Virus record (IMG/VR): IMGVR_UViG_3300027628_000010
Span: 1-64,000 of that record
From: a virus
Taxonomy: Duplodnaviria > Caudoviricetes
Reading direction: 5' to 3' (one strand)
Length of the DNA: 64,000 nt
Positions 49,762 through 59,025 of this stretch are shown here, piece after piece. Position numbers and translations under genes: made by a program. How positions within the stretch are numbered: position 1 is the stretch's first letter; every line of letters starts with the position of its first letter. Under the pieces are notes generated by a model. The model was not told the DNA's origin. It saw only the letters and a program-made list of their open reading frames with translations, and did no database searches.

Positions 49762-50073
49762 ATGGCTAACCAAAATAAACCTGTACGTACAATAGTTCAG
49801 AGTGTAGAAGTGCCTGTGGAAGCGCCAAAAGTTAGTGCAAAGCTAATTGCTGTCACTATCTTTTACCTAGCGGTTATCTTCAATACTGTATCAGACCTAA
49901 TGGGCTGGGGATTCCATTTTAAAGCAGACGAAAACAAGATTTACGAAGCTGTAACTGCTATTTCTACAGTAGTTGCTATTGCTTTAGCTGCTTATAAAAA
50001 CCATAACTACACAAAAGAAGCACGTATTAAAGCTGTTGCTGCAAAGCAAGTAGAAACTGAAATTAAAAACTAA
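49762..50073 (+). CDS. Holin (SPP1-family-like)
   Basis: Two TM segments; AAYKNHNYTKEAR resembles the WKNN.FT..A family motif. Confidence 0.75.
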   Translation: MANQNKPVRTIVQSVEVPVEAPKVSAKLIAVTIFYLAVIFNTVSDLMGWGFHFKADENKIYEAVTAISTVVAIALAAYKNHNYTKEARIKAVAAKQVETEIKN

Positions 50074-50096
50074 GTAGCTGAGAGGAGCTAATTGAA

Positions 50097-50552
50097 ATGA
50101 AACTATCTGAATTAATGAAACAATCAACTGTAACACTTACTGCTGGAGATTACTTAGTAGCCAATACAGCGGCTGCTGGCTACCTTCCGACACACCGAGA
50201 AACATCTGCTTTACACAGCGGACGTTATATCTTTAAGATCGTATCTGGAGGCGGAGCAGGTAAATTTAATATTATCCCTATGCTGATTACTGAAGATCAA
50301 AAAGGCTATGCAGAAGCACCAGACAAACCAATCGTACTAGTAGAGCCAACAAAGGTTACATATGTTACAACTCGTAACCACCCGGACCGTAAAGATGTTT
50401 ACACTTCTTTCAAGTATGATGTTGTAAAAGGCATTAAAGCTGGAGAAGAAGCTCGTCATGCTTTAGCTGCTTTCGTTGCTTTCACAACTAGCGAATATTC
50501 ACTAGGAGTTAACGACTTCCGAGTAGAAGGCGAAGACTATTTAGACGCTTAA
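50097..50552 (+). CDS. Putative late/structural protein
   Basis: 151 aa on the late-promoter transcript; terminator 50576-50609. Confidence 0.5.
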   Translation: MKLSELMKQSTVTLTAGDYLVANTAAAGYLPTHRETSALHSGRYIFKIVSGGGAGKFNIIPMLITEDQKGYAEAPDKPIVLVEPTKVTYVTTRNHPDRKDVYTSFKYDVVKGIKAGEEARHALAAFVAFTTSEYSLGVNDFRVEGEDYLDA

Positions 50553-50664
50553 TAGGAACTGTACAAGGATAATCAAAGAAGAGGGGTTTTTCATACCCTC
50601 TTCTTTTTTATTTAAACCAATTTTAACTTTTTGTAAAAAAACTGAAATAAAACAAACTTTATTG

Positions 50665-50693
50665 TTGACTATTACTCTATATTTTGGTAGTAT
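50665..50693 (+). promoter_or_regulatory. SigA-like promoter
   Basis: TTGACT-N17-TAGTAT with TG extension. Confidence 0.65.
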
Positions 50694-50734
50694 GTATATA
50701 GGGAGTTACAGACCCCTAGAATAGGAGGCTGGGC

Positions 50735-51688
50735 ATGAGTAAGGAAAAAGAGAAAAGAAGAGTTAGAGTATTCGTCCCCACTACTTTTGAAGGAGTGACT
50801 AGCGTAGCCATTTTGGAGGAGCTAACCAAAGGCTCTGATGAATTGGAACTAGATATAGAGTACACTAGTCATTTGGACTTCCGGGACCACCAGAAATTTA
50901 CCGATATGGACATTGTACTCGTTATCGGCTTACCGTACAAAGGATACGCTTTACCGACTGAGTTCCAACTAGGTGTAGACGTTCCATTCATGGATTTCAT
51001 TCATGCAGCTACGTACGGGGAAGAGATCGAGGGAGAGAACATCATTTCAATGGTGGACCCAGATAAGGACCCAATTAAACAAATCGCTGATTTCTTAACA
51101 ACGCTGCCGGAGTCTAGCTTATTATCCAAATATGTTGAATTTACGGACAAAGCGTGGTACCTTATTCAAGCGGTAAATGACTATCGCATTTGGAACTGGG
51201 AGAATAACAACATAACCCGTATGCTGCTTGCGTTATACCAAGCAAGCCATAAGTGGATGCCACGTTTAATGAGAGGTCTAACATTAGAAGAAATCATTAA
51301 ACGCAACGCACCAGTTATTCAGGGTCAAATGGAGAAAATGAAAGATTACATTGAGTTGAAATTGAAAATGACAAAGAGATATAATGTTGTGGTAGAAGGA
51401 CAAAGCTGCTTACTGAAAGTGGTATTTGCAGATCAGTACATAAACGAATTGGCTAATAAGTTACTCACCGAAGAACAGACAGCTTTACCAGTGATTGTTT
51501 GTGTAGGCAGACCTACAAAGTCGAATGATATGTTTTCTATTCGGACTACGGTAGTGAACGCCGGGAAGATCGCTTATATGATTAACGAAGGTGGAGGCAA
51601 GGAAACTGTAGCAAGTGTCTTCACAGGAATAAGTTATGCAGAACTAATGGGGAATGGTATCGTTACGAAACTAGCTCAAGGAGAGTAG
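50735..51688 (+). CDS. DHH/DHHA1 (NrnB-like) protein with degenerate catalytic motifs
   Basis: VNDYRIWNW, DYIELK, VFADQYINELANKL, FSIRT...GGGK parallel NrnB-type motifs. Confidence 0.65.
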   Translation: MSKEKEKRRVRVFVPTTFEGVTSVAILEELTKGSDELELDIEYTSHLDFRDHQKFTDMDIVLVIGLPYKGYALPTEFQLGVDVPFMDFIHAATYGEEIEGENIISMVDPDKDPIKQIADFLTTLPESSLLSKYVEFTDKAWYLIQAVNDYRIWNWENNNITRMLLALYQASHKWMPRLMRGLTLEEIIKRNAPVIQGQMEKMKDYIELKLKMTKRYNVVVEGQSCLLKVVFADQYINELANKLLTEEQTALPVIVCVGRPTKSNDMFSIRTTVVNAGKIAYMINEGGGKETVASVFTGISYAELMGNGIVTKLAQGE

Positions 51689-51727
51689 TAGCGGTGCTTT
51701 TATGTTACAATTAAGGGAGGAAATTAT

Positions 51728-52006
51728 ATGGAACAAAACATTAACGATTTTGTAGGTGCTTTTGGGGTTACGACAGATGAAAATTTCGGACAAATCACAA
51801 GCTTACTAGCTGAGCAAGGTAAGGTATTAAAGGAAGAAGAGGCATATGCCAAAACACCAAAAGCAAAGACAGAGCTAATTACTACGTATTATCAGGTTGA
51901 AGATAGAATCTACCGACTATGGTATCAAGTAAAAACACCTCACGGAACTAAAGGAGCAGCGTTAGCATTCAGCTTTGATAAAATGCCAGCTGACTTTAAA
52001 TTATAG
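51728..52006 (+). CDS. Hypothetical protein
   Basis: 92 aa after GGGAGG. Confidence 0.6.
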   Translation: MEQNINDFVGAFGVTTDENFGQITSLLAEQGKVLKEEEAYAKTPKAKTELITTYYQVEDRIYRLWYQVKTPHGTKGAALAFSFDKMPADFKL

Positions 52007-52020
52007 GAGTGAATAACTAA

Positions 52021-53331
52021 ATGGGCAAAGAAAATTTGACGAATGAAGAGTTAACACGATTAAGTACAGAGGAAGGCGCTTTTGCAGCAGTCATGGGCTA
52101 CTTGAAAGCAGAACGGGGCAAAATTGCCCCCTCTGTTTTTAATAAATTGATAGCTGAACTGGGTTACCCTAAACAAAGAAAAGATGACCTAGTAAAAGTA
52201 GCTTCAATGATTAATAGCAGTGAAACCCTTTCAAGTCTTTACGACAAAGCATTTGAGCGTAAAATCCGCCTAGAGGATATCCCGAACGCAATTGGCGATA
52301 CAGAGAGCCTAGACGAAGACGATCTATTTGCTCAAGTAACAAGCTACATGATCATGAATGAGGATAACAATGAGCGTTTACGTGAGTTACGTCACTTACA
52401 ACGTCAAGGCGTATACATGAAACGTTTAATGGACAGCTTGAAGAAACACCTATTTGAAGAATACAAGGGAATGCCTCGAGCTAAATACTTACAAACACCT
52501 AAGCCAGCACCTAAAAAAGGGGACCGCAGCTTAATCTTAGCTGTATCAGATTGGCATGTTGGAGCTTTAGTATACAATCAAGATACGGGTGGATATAACT
52601 TCGTTAAGCTTAACCGCCAAATTCAAGGGCTTATGGAGCAGGTACTAAGCTTAATCGAAGAGCTAGACATTAAAAATTTATACGTATTCCATATTGGAGA
52701 TATTATTGAGCACATTTCAATGCGTAATGTTAACCAAGCGTTCGAAGCAGAGTTTAACCTTGCACAGCAAATTTCTAAATCGTATCGTTTAGTTGTAGAC
52801 ATGCTTATGACTCTATCAAAACATGTTCATGTAACGTTTGGAATGGTATCAGGTAACCACGATCGTTTAATCGGAAATAAAGCAGACAAGGTATATAACG
52901 ATACAGCAGTATATGTAATGGTAGACCTGTTGTTCCAAGCTCAAGAAGTATTTGGACAATTACCAAATGTCACGCTAATTGACAACCGAGAAGATACATA
53001 CGAATTTATGGTGAAGGTTGCAGGTAAAAACATAAAAGTTAAACACGGGGACCATGAGAAGAAGAAAGACGATCAAAAGATTCCTAGTCACATTAAGGAA
53101 GAGCCGATCGATTATCTCTACTTAGCTCATATCCATACAACTCGTATCATTCAGGAAGATTATGCTCGATTCCATATCTACGTAAGCAGTCCGATGGGAG
53201 GCAATTCATACGCCAAAGAGCATGGGTTCCCTACTACATTTGGTTCACAGATGCTTACGGTATTGACAGAAGGCAGTTCGACTCCTTGGTTTATTCCAAT
53301 GATGTTTACAAAAGGAGGGGAAATCGACTAA
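52021..53331 (+). CDS. Calcineurin-like metallophosphoesterase
   Basis: SDWH, GDIIE, GNHD, HGD, AHIH intact. Confidence 0.85.
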   Translation: MGKENLTNEELTRLSTEEGAFAAVMGYLKAERGKIAPSVFNKLIAELGYPKQRKDDLVKVASMINSSETLSSLYDKAFERKIRLEDIPNAIGDTESLDEDDLFAQVTSYMIMNEDNNERLRELRHLQRQGVYMKRLMDSLKKHLFEEYKGMPRAKYLQTPKPAPKKGDRSLILAVSDWHVGALVYNQDTGGYNFVKLNRQIQGLMEQVLSLIEELDIKNLYVFHIGDIIEHISMRNVNQAFEAEFNLAQQISKSYRLVVDMLMTLSKHVHVTFGMVSGNHDRLIGNKADKVYNDTAVYVMVDLLFQAQEVFGQLPNVTLIDNREDTYEFMVKVAGKNIKVKHGDHEKKKDDQKIPSHIKEEPIDYLYLAHIHTTRIIQEDYARFHIYVSSPMGGNSYAKEHGFPTTFGSQMLTVLTEGSSTPWFIPMMFTKGGEID

Positions 53332-53705
53332 TGTTAACAGTTGTACTTGTTTCACTAGCATTTGTTATCCTGTGTACGTTCTTAGCTAGTTTAGGTAATT
53401 CATTGTCAACAAGCAGCCAATTAAAAGCAGCAGGCAAAAAGCCCCTATACGGTCAAAACATTACGACCGTAGCTGTGGCGGCACTTGGAGAAGTTTTAGT
53501 CGTTGGGTTAGTCTTTTACTTAATCTTCGGCGCTTTCCATGTATCACAGAACGCTTCGACTATATCAGTAGCTTTCATGTTTGGGTATCTCCTACGTAAT
53601 GTTGGTAGGTACTATGGAACAATAATTACATGGTCTGTATTCTTAAGCATTGGCAAACGTAAGATGAGAAAACAACTAGAGGAAGAGAATAAGACAGCTT
53701 TGTAA
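53331..53705 (+). CDS. Membrane protein (3 TM)
   Basis: Hydrophobic segments; ATG 53331 after GGAGGGG; terminator 53691-53719. Confidence 0.65.
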   Translation: MLTVVLVSLAFVILCTFLASLGNSLSTSSQLKAAGKKPLYGQNITTVAVAALGEVLVVGLVFYLIFGAFHVSQNASTISVAFMFGYLLRNVGRYYGTIITWSVFLSIGKRKMRKQLEEENKTAL

Positions 53706-53744
53706 GCTGTCTTTTTTTTATAAAAAAAAAGTTTTAAATAATAG

Positions 53745-53774
53745 TAGACAAGGAGACTGTAACCATGCTATAAT
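53745..53774 (+). promoter_or_regulatory. SigA-like promoter
   Basis: TAGACA-N18-TATAAT with TG extension. Confidence 0.6.
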
Positions 53775-53830
53775 AAGCTTGTAACATACAGAGAGCACAA
53801 AATAATAAAAGAATAAGAGGAGGAAACAAA

Positions 53831-54142
53831 ATGTTTGCAGAAAAGAAGATTAACATTTTTGACAAAGAAAAGGTTACGATAGGGTCCTTCATTACCTTCT
53901 GTATACTTACAAAAGATTACGATGACGGAGCAATTGTATGGGATAAAGGTATACCGATGAACGGAATTATCAACATAGTAACTGAAACATACCTTGAAGT
54001 CCGTACAATCAATGAAACATACCAGATTTACATGCATAGACTTCTAGGTTCACCTGCTTTTGATGATCGAGCTCAAGGACCTTTCTTCCATATATACGGG
54101 ATTGCAAAGAATGTCAAAGGAGGAGGACCGGCAGATGTTTAA
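53831..54142 (+). CDS. Hypothetical protein (paralog 1)
   Basis: Shares FD...G.FITFC...NG...Y.IY...SP.FD...I.G with next gene. Confidence 0.65.
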   Translation: MFAEKKINIFDKEKVTIGSFITFCILTKDYDDGAIVWDKGIPMNGIINIVTETYLEVRTINETYQIYMHRLLGSPAFDDRAQGPFFHIYGIAKNVKGGGPADV

Positions 54143-54437
54143 GCCAAGAACAGTTTATGACTTTGATACAGACGTTTTTAAAGAAGGTGCTTTTATAACA
54201 TTCTGTAAAATGGAAAAAGTTCTCGAAGATGAGAGTGGAAATTACGAGTGGATAGAAAGTAAACACGTTAATGGTTTAGTTACTTGTGCAGACTTTGAAA
54301 ATATTACTATATTGACTGCTATGGGAAGATCGTATTCAATATATGCAAACGAATTAGTAGACTCTCCAATGTTTGATGAAGGTGTATCAAGGAACTATAA
54401 AATATTAGGAGTTATTCATAGCGCTATCAAGGAGTGA
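54135..54437 (+). CDS. Hypothetical protein (paralog 2)
   Basis: ATG 54135 after GGAGGAGG. Confidence 0.65.
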   Translation: MFKPRTVYDFDTDVFKEGAFITFCKMEKVLEDESGNYEWIESKHVNGLVTCADFENITILTAMGRSYSIYANELVDSPMFDEGVSRNYKILGVIHSAIKE

Positions 54438-54441
54438 TCAT

Positions 54442-55053
54442 ATGGCAAACCAAGAGTGGGAGAACTTAATAACTCCCAAAACAGATTTACTACGGTATAT
54501 TAGAAAAGGAGTCCTCATCGTTCAGAAAAAACCTTTCTACATCGTAGAGCTCATCAAAGAACAGAATACAGCCTATGTTATAGTGTACAAGGTCCATCCG
54601 GGTACCGATGACAACCCTCAGAAGCTTGCTGTAGAGGAGAAAAAGAGAATCAATACCTTTAGTACTAATACTCTACTAGGTAACCTAGCAAACCGTTTAA
54701 TACCCGGAAAGATGTCTCGTAAGTGGGTCCCTAAGCCACCAGTGTTCATAGCTCCAGTAGTGCTTAACCAAGTAGATACATTCACTGGTAAGAGAGAAGC
54801 AGGGTTCTTTGAGAGAGAAGAAGATCGAGTAGTCGTAGAGGCTGGAGAGAAGAAGTTAAAGAGAGGAGATAACACTGGAGTATTTATCGGTCTATCTTCT
54901 GTCACATGGGATGATAAAGTTACAATCCCTACAGAGTCTCTAGTAAAAGCACTCATTCAGCATAATCAAGGTAATGACTTCTTCGACTTAGAAGGGACCA
55001 ATGAAGACAAATCAAATCCACTATCAACTTACTTTAATGGAGGGAAATTATAA
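54442..55053 (+). CDS. Conserved hypothetical protein
   Basis: 203 aa after AAGGAG. Confidence 0.6.
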   Translation: MANQEWENLITPKTDLLRYIRKGVLIVQKKPFYIVELIKEQNTAYVIVYKVHPGTDDNPQKLAVEEKKRINTFSTNTLLGNLANRLIPGKMSRKWVPKPPVFIAPVVLNQVDTFTGKREAGFFEREEDRVVVEAGEKKLKRGDNTGVFIGLSSVTWDDKVTIPTESLVKALIQHNQGNDFFDLEGTNEDKSNPLSTYFNGGKL

Positions 55054-55054
55054 A

Positions 55055-55333
55055 ATGAAAAGAAAATTATTAGTTGGTACATTACTTATAGGAATGATGG
55101 CAACTTCAGTAGGATGTCAACAAGCAGCTAAGCGATTCGGTGGGTCTGTTACAGTAGACTTACCGAAAGGAGAGAAACTAGTTAACATTACATGGAAAAA
55201 TGATAGCTTATGGTATCTAACTCGACCTATGACCAAGCAGGATAAAGAAGAAACGTACAAGTTTAAAGAAGATAGTAACTTCGGCGTTCTGGAAGGTACA
55301 GTAATCGTTAAAGAACATAAGGAGGGAAAATAA
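55055..55333 (+). CDS. Small phage lipoprotein
   Basis: Signal peptide with lipobox SVGC. Confidence 0.65.
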   Translation: MKRKLLVGTLLIGMMATSVGCQQAAKRFGGSVTVDLPKGEKLVNITWKNDSLWYLTRPMTKQDKEETYKFKEDSNFGVLEGTVIVKEHKEGK

Positions 55334-55335
55334 AA

Positions 55336-55623
55336 ATGGATATTATGTTAGGGAACGACCACAAATTAACTTCTGATACTCACAATGTTATTTTAAACAA
55401 ACGTACAATGGAGAAAGGTGATAATGGGGAGTTAATCCCTAGCGATACATTCCGACCTATCGCATTCTACCCAAACATTACACAAGCTTGTAATGGACTG
55501 CTAGACAAACAAATTAAAGGATGTGATGCCACTACTATCGAAGAGCTAAAATACTTTGTTCAAGAGACAGAGGAGATGATTACAGCAGCTATTAAGAAGT
55601 ATGCAAAAGGAGTAACCAGATGA
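55336..55623 (+). CDS. Hypothetical protein (DUF5405-like)
   Basis: ILNKR...FYPNI.QA...LL...I....ATTIEEL pattern. Confidence 0.5.
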   Translation: MDIMLGNDHKLTSDTHNVILNKRTMEKGDNGELIPSDTFRPIAFYPNITQACNGLLDKQIKGCDATTIEELKYFVQETEEMITAAIKKYAKGVTR

Positions 55624-55844
55624 ACATAGAACCATATAACCCGGAGGACCTTAATTTCATCGAAGAAGTACATAATGTCGAAACATATACAGGGGAAACT
55701 TCTAAACAGTTTCCCGGGCATACCTTTGTAAGAGTAGAGTTAACTATCAGTAGAGGCTCAACAGGAGCTACCCAGAAACTGTATCGTATCTGGACTGCTG
55801 ATAGATGGAACGTAATTAAAGAACGAGGATACTTTATCCAATAA
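55620..55844 (+). CDS. Hypothetical protein
   Basis: 74 aa, ATGA overlap. Confidence 0.55.
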   Translation: MNIEPYNPEDLNFIEEVHNVETYTGETSKQFPGHTFVRVELTISRGSTGATQKLYRIWTADRWNVIKERGYFIQ

Positions 55845-55862
55845 GGAGGAAAATATTAAAAT

Positions 55863-56330
55863 ATGAAAAAATTACAATCGTTCGTTCATGGTGCAAAACA
55901 GATTATACCGGGTGTTATTCTAATCGGTTTCGGTATCGGATTCATTGTTGGAGCTTTAATGTTATCACATTGGGTAGGAGAAGTAGTAAAGGCTAAAACA
56001 AATGCAGGGTGGGGAGTACTAGCTGATTGGGGAACTTACATCTCTCTAGCCTTTGTGTATATCGTCTTCTTTGACCTATTAAAAGTTCGTTTAGAGAACG
56101 GAAAGTGGGATTTTAAATCAGCACTCAAAACAGGTGTAAGAGACTTCGGTAGATTCCTTAAACTATTTGTAAAAGTAGTAGTTGTAGTAGGAGCTATAAT
56201 TGGTATCTGTTATTTAGGCTTTAAAATCTTTGTTGCAGGCGGTATTCTAGTTCTATTACTAGCAGTTATTATCGCTATCCTAATTGCTATCCTAGTCTTT
56301 GTTATCCTTATCTTCGCTATGGTATGGTAA
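55863..56330 (+). CDS. Membrane protein (4 TM)
   Basis: Strongly hydrophobic. Confidence 0.65.
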   Translation: MKKLQSFVHGAKQIIPGVILIGFGIGFIVGALMLSHWVGEVVKAKTNAGWGVLADWGTYISLAFVYIVFFDLLKVRLENGKWDFKSALKTGVRDFGRFLKLFVKVVVVVGAIIGICYLGFKIFVAGGILVLLLAVIIAILIAILVFVILIFAMVW

Positions 56331-56331
56331 T

Positions 56332-56532
56332 ATGTGGGATTTATTTATAACTGCGGCAATCAGAACAGTAGTGATAATCGTAGTTGTAGCAGCAATCATA
56401 GGGCTAGCCATTGGGCTAGCTCAAGCTGTTATAGCTACTTATTTTTGGTTAGGGTGGTCAGGCATTATCATCCTTGCAGTAATTTTTGTATTTATAATTG
56501 TGTTAGTAGACACATATATTGATCTTAAGTGA
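56332..56532 (+). CDS. Small membrane protein (2 TM)
   Basis: Almost entirely hydrophobic; ATG 56332. Confidence 0.6.
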   Translation: MWDLFITAAIRTVVIIVVVAAIIGLAIGLAQAVIATYFWLGWSGIIILAVIFVFIIVLVDTYIDLK

Positions 56533-56544
56533 GGAGGGGTTATA

Positions 56545-56724
56545 GTGGAGTATATAGTTAATGCTTTAATGTTTGTATTGGCGGTAGGGTTGTTTACTGT
56601 TTGTGCTGGGATTATTGTTTTCTCCCTCATGTGGGTAGAAAAGAAACTTAACATGTTCTGGTCCATAGCGCTCATATTTGTTTATGTCTTCCTATTCGCT
56701 ATATTAGCACAAATACTAGCGTAA
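56545..56724 (+). CDS. Small membrane protein (59 aa; missing from ORF track)
   Basis: GTG after GAGGAGG; MEYIVNALMFVLAVGLF...AQILA*. Confidence 0.6.
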   Translation: MEYIVNALMFVLAVGLFTVCAGIIVFSLMWVEKKLNMFWSIALIFVYVFLFAILAQILA

Positions 56725-56735
56725 AGGGTGGTTAG

Positions 56736-57452
56736 ATGAAGAAGTTCTATGAGGCAGACATAAAACAAGTTATTTTAAATAAGAAGCATATTTTTGTCAA
56801 GAATGCAGATAGTAGAAATACTGTATTGTTTGAAAAAGGGATTGTAATAGGCTCTACGATAGCCGACTGCTTGATATTCGATTCTGAGCAGGGTATAATA
56901 GGCGTAGAGATTAAGACCGAGTACGATACGACCCGGAGATTAAATAAGCAGCTAAAGAACTACAGTATCTTTTGTGACAAGGTTTACGTTATGTGCCATG
57001 ACAACCATGTAGAGAAGACAGAGCATATCCTTTTTAAGAATAATCATCATCATGTGGGCATCATTGCATATAGTGAGTTTAGAGGGGATGCTATACTCGG
57101 CGTGTACAAAGAGCCAATGCGCTCTCCCTTTAAAAACGTTAGGATGGCATACAATGTTCTTTGGAAGGAGGAAATATCTAACTTGTTAGGAGGATTTAAA
57201 CGCCAGATGAAAACTCTGGAAGAACAGGGAATTAAAGTGGATACAGCTGATTCACGGTCAAACGGTTTACACGGGCTCTATACCCGATCTAACGCCTCTA
57301 CAAAGTATTTGAAGAAGAGTCAAATGATAAACATGATAGTAGCAAGGCTTGGTGAGGAAGAGTCTAACCGATTATTGTGTGATATCTTCATTAACAAACG
57401 AATGAATCCTGAGAAAAACCTACGTTTTTACCATTTTCGAGAAAAGAATTAG
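56736..57452 (+). CDS. PD-(D/E)XK nuclease-like protein (sce7726-like)
   Basis: IADCL...GVEIKTEYDTTRRLNKQL..Y...CDKVYV. Confidence 0.65.
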   Translation: MKKFYEADIKQVILNKKHIFVKNADSRNTVLFEKGIVIGSTIADCLIFDSEQGIIGVEIKTEYDTTRRLNKQLKNYSIFCDKVYVMCHDNHVEKTEHILFKNNHHHVGIIAYSEFRGDAILGVYKEPMRSPFKNVRMAYNVLWKEEISNLLGGFKRQMKTLEEQGIKVDTADSRSNGLHGLYTRSNASTKYLKKSQMINMIVARLGEEESNRLLCDIFINKRMNPEKNLRFYHFREKN

Positions 57453-57591
57453 CAAATAGAGGAATTTGCATTCATAAGTTACACTGTGATATAATACTCA
57501 TATAGAGAGCCGACAAAGTCCGTTCGAGCTCTCTAACCATTCAAATTAATACGGGAGTTAATTACAAACAAGAAAAAGGAGTTGTCTGATC

Positions 57592-58152
57592 ATGAACAAA
57601 GAAACCAAAATGAGTTTAGTGAAATACGCAGGAGATTTTTGGGTAACATTGGCAGACTATACCCAAACTAGAGACACAGAGGGGTATAGTGATCATGCAT
57701 CTGTTAAATCAGCAATTAGAACATTTGTTGTAAAACAAAGTCCAGATAAATACATTGCATTCCGTGGTGAAATGCAACTTAAGAATATTGTACAGGAAAA
57801 TAAAAATAATACCATGTTTAATCCAGAGGATTTTCAAGGCACTCGTACAGCTTTAATACACTGGTCAATGTTAGATAAGTTAAACGAACGCTTTGCTGTT
57901 GATAAGTCTATAGAAACAACCTTTAATACTTTTATGGAAGAAGCGGAAGACTTTATGGAAGGTAACACAACTAAGGAAAGTGAAACTGTAGATACTGATT
58001 CTTCTCTGTTAAGTGGTAGGTCTACAGTATTACGTCAACTACGATCTGAGTTAAGCCGCTTAGATAAACAAGTCGAAGTTACTCTAAATAACCGTGAGAA
58101 ATTACTACAAGCAATTAACGCTATAGAGAGTCTGGAAATAGAGGAAGCATAA
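57592..58152 (+). CDS. Hypothetical protein with C-terminal coiled coil
   Basis: 186 aa; own promoter-like element (TGATATAAT ~57487). Confidence 0.55.
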   Translation: MNKETKMSLVKYAGDFWVTLADYTQTRDTEGYSDHASVKSAIRTFVVKQSPDKYIAFRGEMQLKNIVQENKNNTMFNPEDFQGTRTALIHWSMLDKLNERFAVDKSIETTFNTFMEEAEDFMEGNTTKESETVDTDSSLLSGRSTVLRQLRSELSRLDKQVEVTLNNREKLLQAINAIESLEIEEA

Positions 58153-58222
58153 AAAATTATGATATAATAAATATATAGTGAATCGGGGGTGACATTTTTT
58201 AAGAAAATGTTCCCTTTTTTTA

Positions 58223-58251
58223 TTGACTTTATTCGCTATATGATATACACT
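58223..58251 (+). promoter_or_regulatory. SigA-like promoter
   Basis: TTGACT-N17-TACACT. Confidence 0.6.
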
Positions 58252-58273
58252 ACATACATAGGTGGTTACAGAA

Positions 58274-58804
58274 ATGGGCAAACATAACGATTACAACAAT
58301 GTACAAAGAAGTTTAGCAAGGGGCGCAGGGGCTAGAGGTACAACCGGGATTAACAATAACGGTAAAGATGCTTATAACCAATCGCTGAAAAGTAATAAGG
58401 GTCATTATCGCATTCAGTTCACACGAACGTTTGAGAATATGACCGAAAAGGATATAGAGCTACGTAAAACATATGCTCTAGACTTACTGTCTGAAGATAT
58501 AGCGGTCCCTTCCGATATGATCACTCTGAAAGCAAAGAAGCAGACCGGGGAACAGACTCTAACCTGTAGAGATGAAGTATTCTACGTTAAGGTAGGAGAT
58601 GTTAACTACGGTAAGCTCTCTATACGCACTCAGAGGCTTTGGAAGAGCACAACCCTTATCTTTATATTCCAGAAGAAGAAAAACGCTATAAAACCACCAC
58701 AGAAGGCTTTCAGCCGCAAGGTAGGATTCAAGAAACAAACAACAAGTCAAAAAGCAGAAGCAAAACGAAAATCGTATAGAACTCGAAAGGATGGGAAATA
58801 TTGA
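58274..58804 (+). CDS. Conserved basic hypothetical protein
   Basis: K/R-rich C-terminus. Confidence 0.55.
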   Translation: MGKHNDYNNVQRSLARGAGARGTTGINNNGKDAYNQSLKSNKGHYRIQFTRTFENMTEKDIELRKTYALDLLSEDIAVPSDMITLKAKKQTGEQTLTCRDEVFYVKVGDVNYGKLSIRTQRLWKSTTLIFIFQKKKNAIKPPQKAFSRKVGFKKQTTSQKAEAKRKSYRTRKDGKY

Positions 58805-59025
58805 GGATATTTGATGTTCATTACAATGATGCAGATAAAGCTCAACGGGTTCACCAGCTCAGTCTAATTGTAGAGTATATTAACTCCTACACTAAAAACG
58901 ATGAGCATGGGGAGCCACCAGACAACGATACACTGTTGGAAGCACTACAGCTCCCAGACAACTATGACTCAATCATCGACAAAGCTTATGAACTTTACTA
59001 CTCAAGGAGGAAAACAAACAAATGA
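58801..59025 (+). CDS. Hypothetical protein
   Basis: 74 aa, TTG start, coupled. Confidence 0.5.
   Translation: MRIFDVHYNDADKAQRVHQLSLIVEYINSYTKNDEHGEPPDNDTLLEALQLPDNYDSIIDKAYELYYSRRKTNK

Noticed and set aside
57500-57535. GTTCGAG inside a hairpin, resembling a tRNA T-loop
   Set aside because: Too short, with no T-stem, D-arm or anticodon arm; a simple leader hairpin
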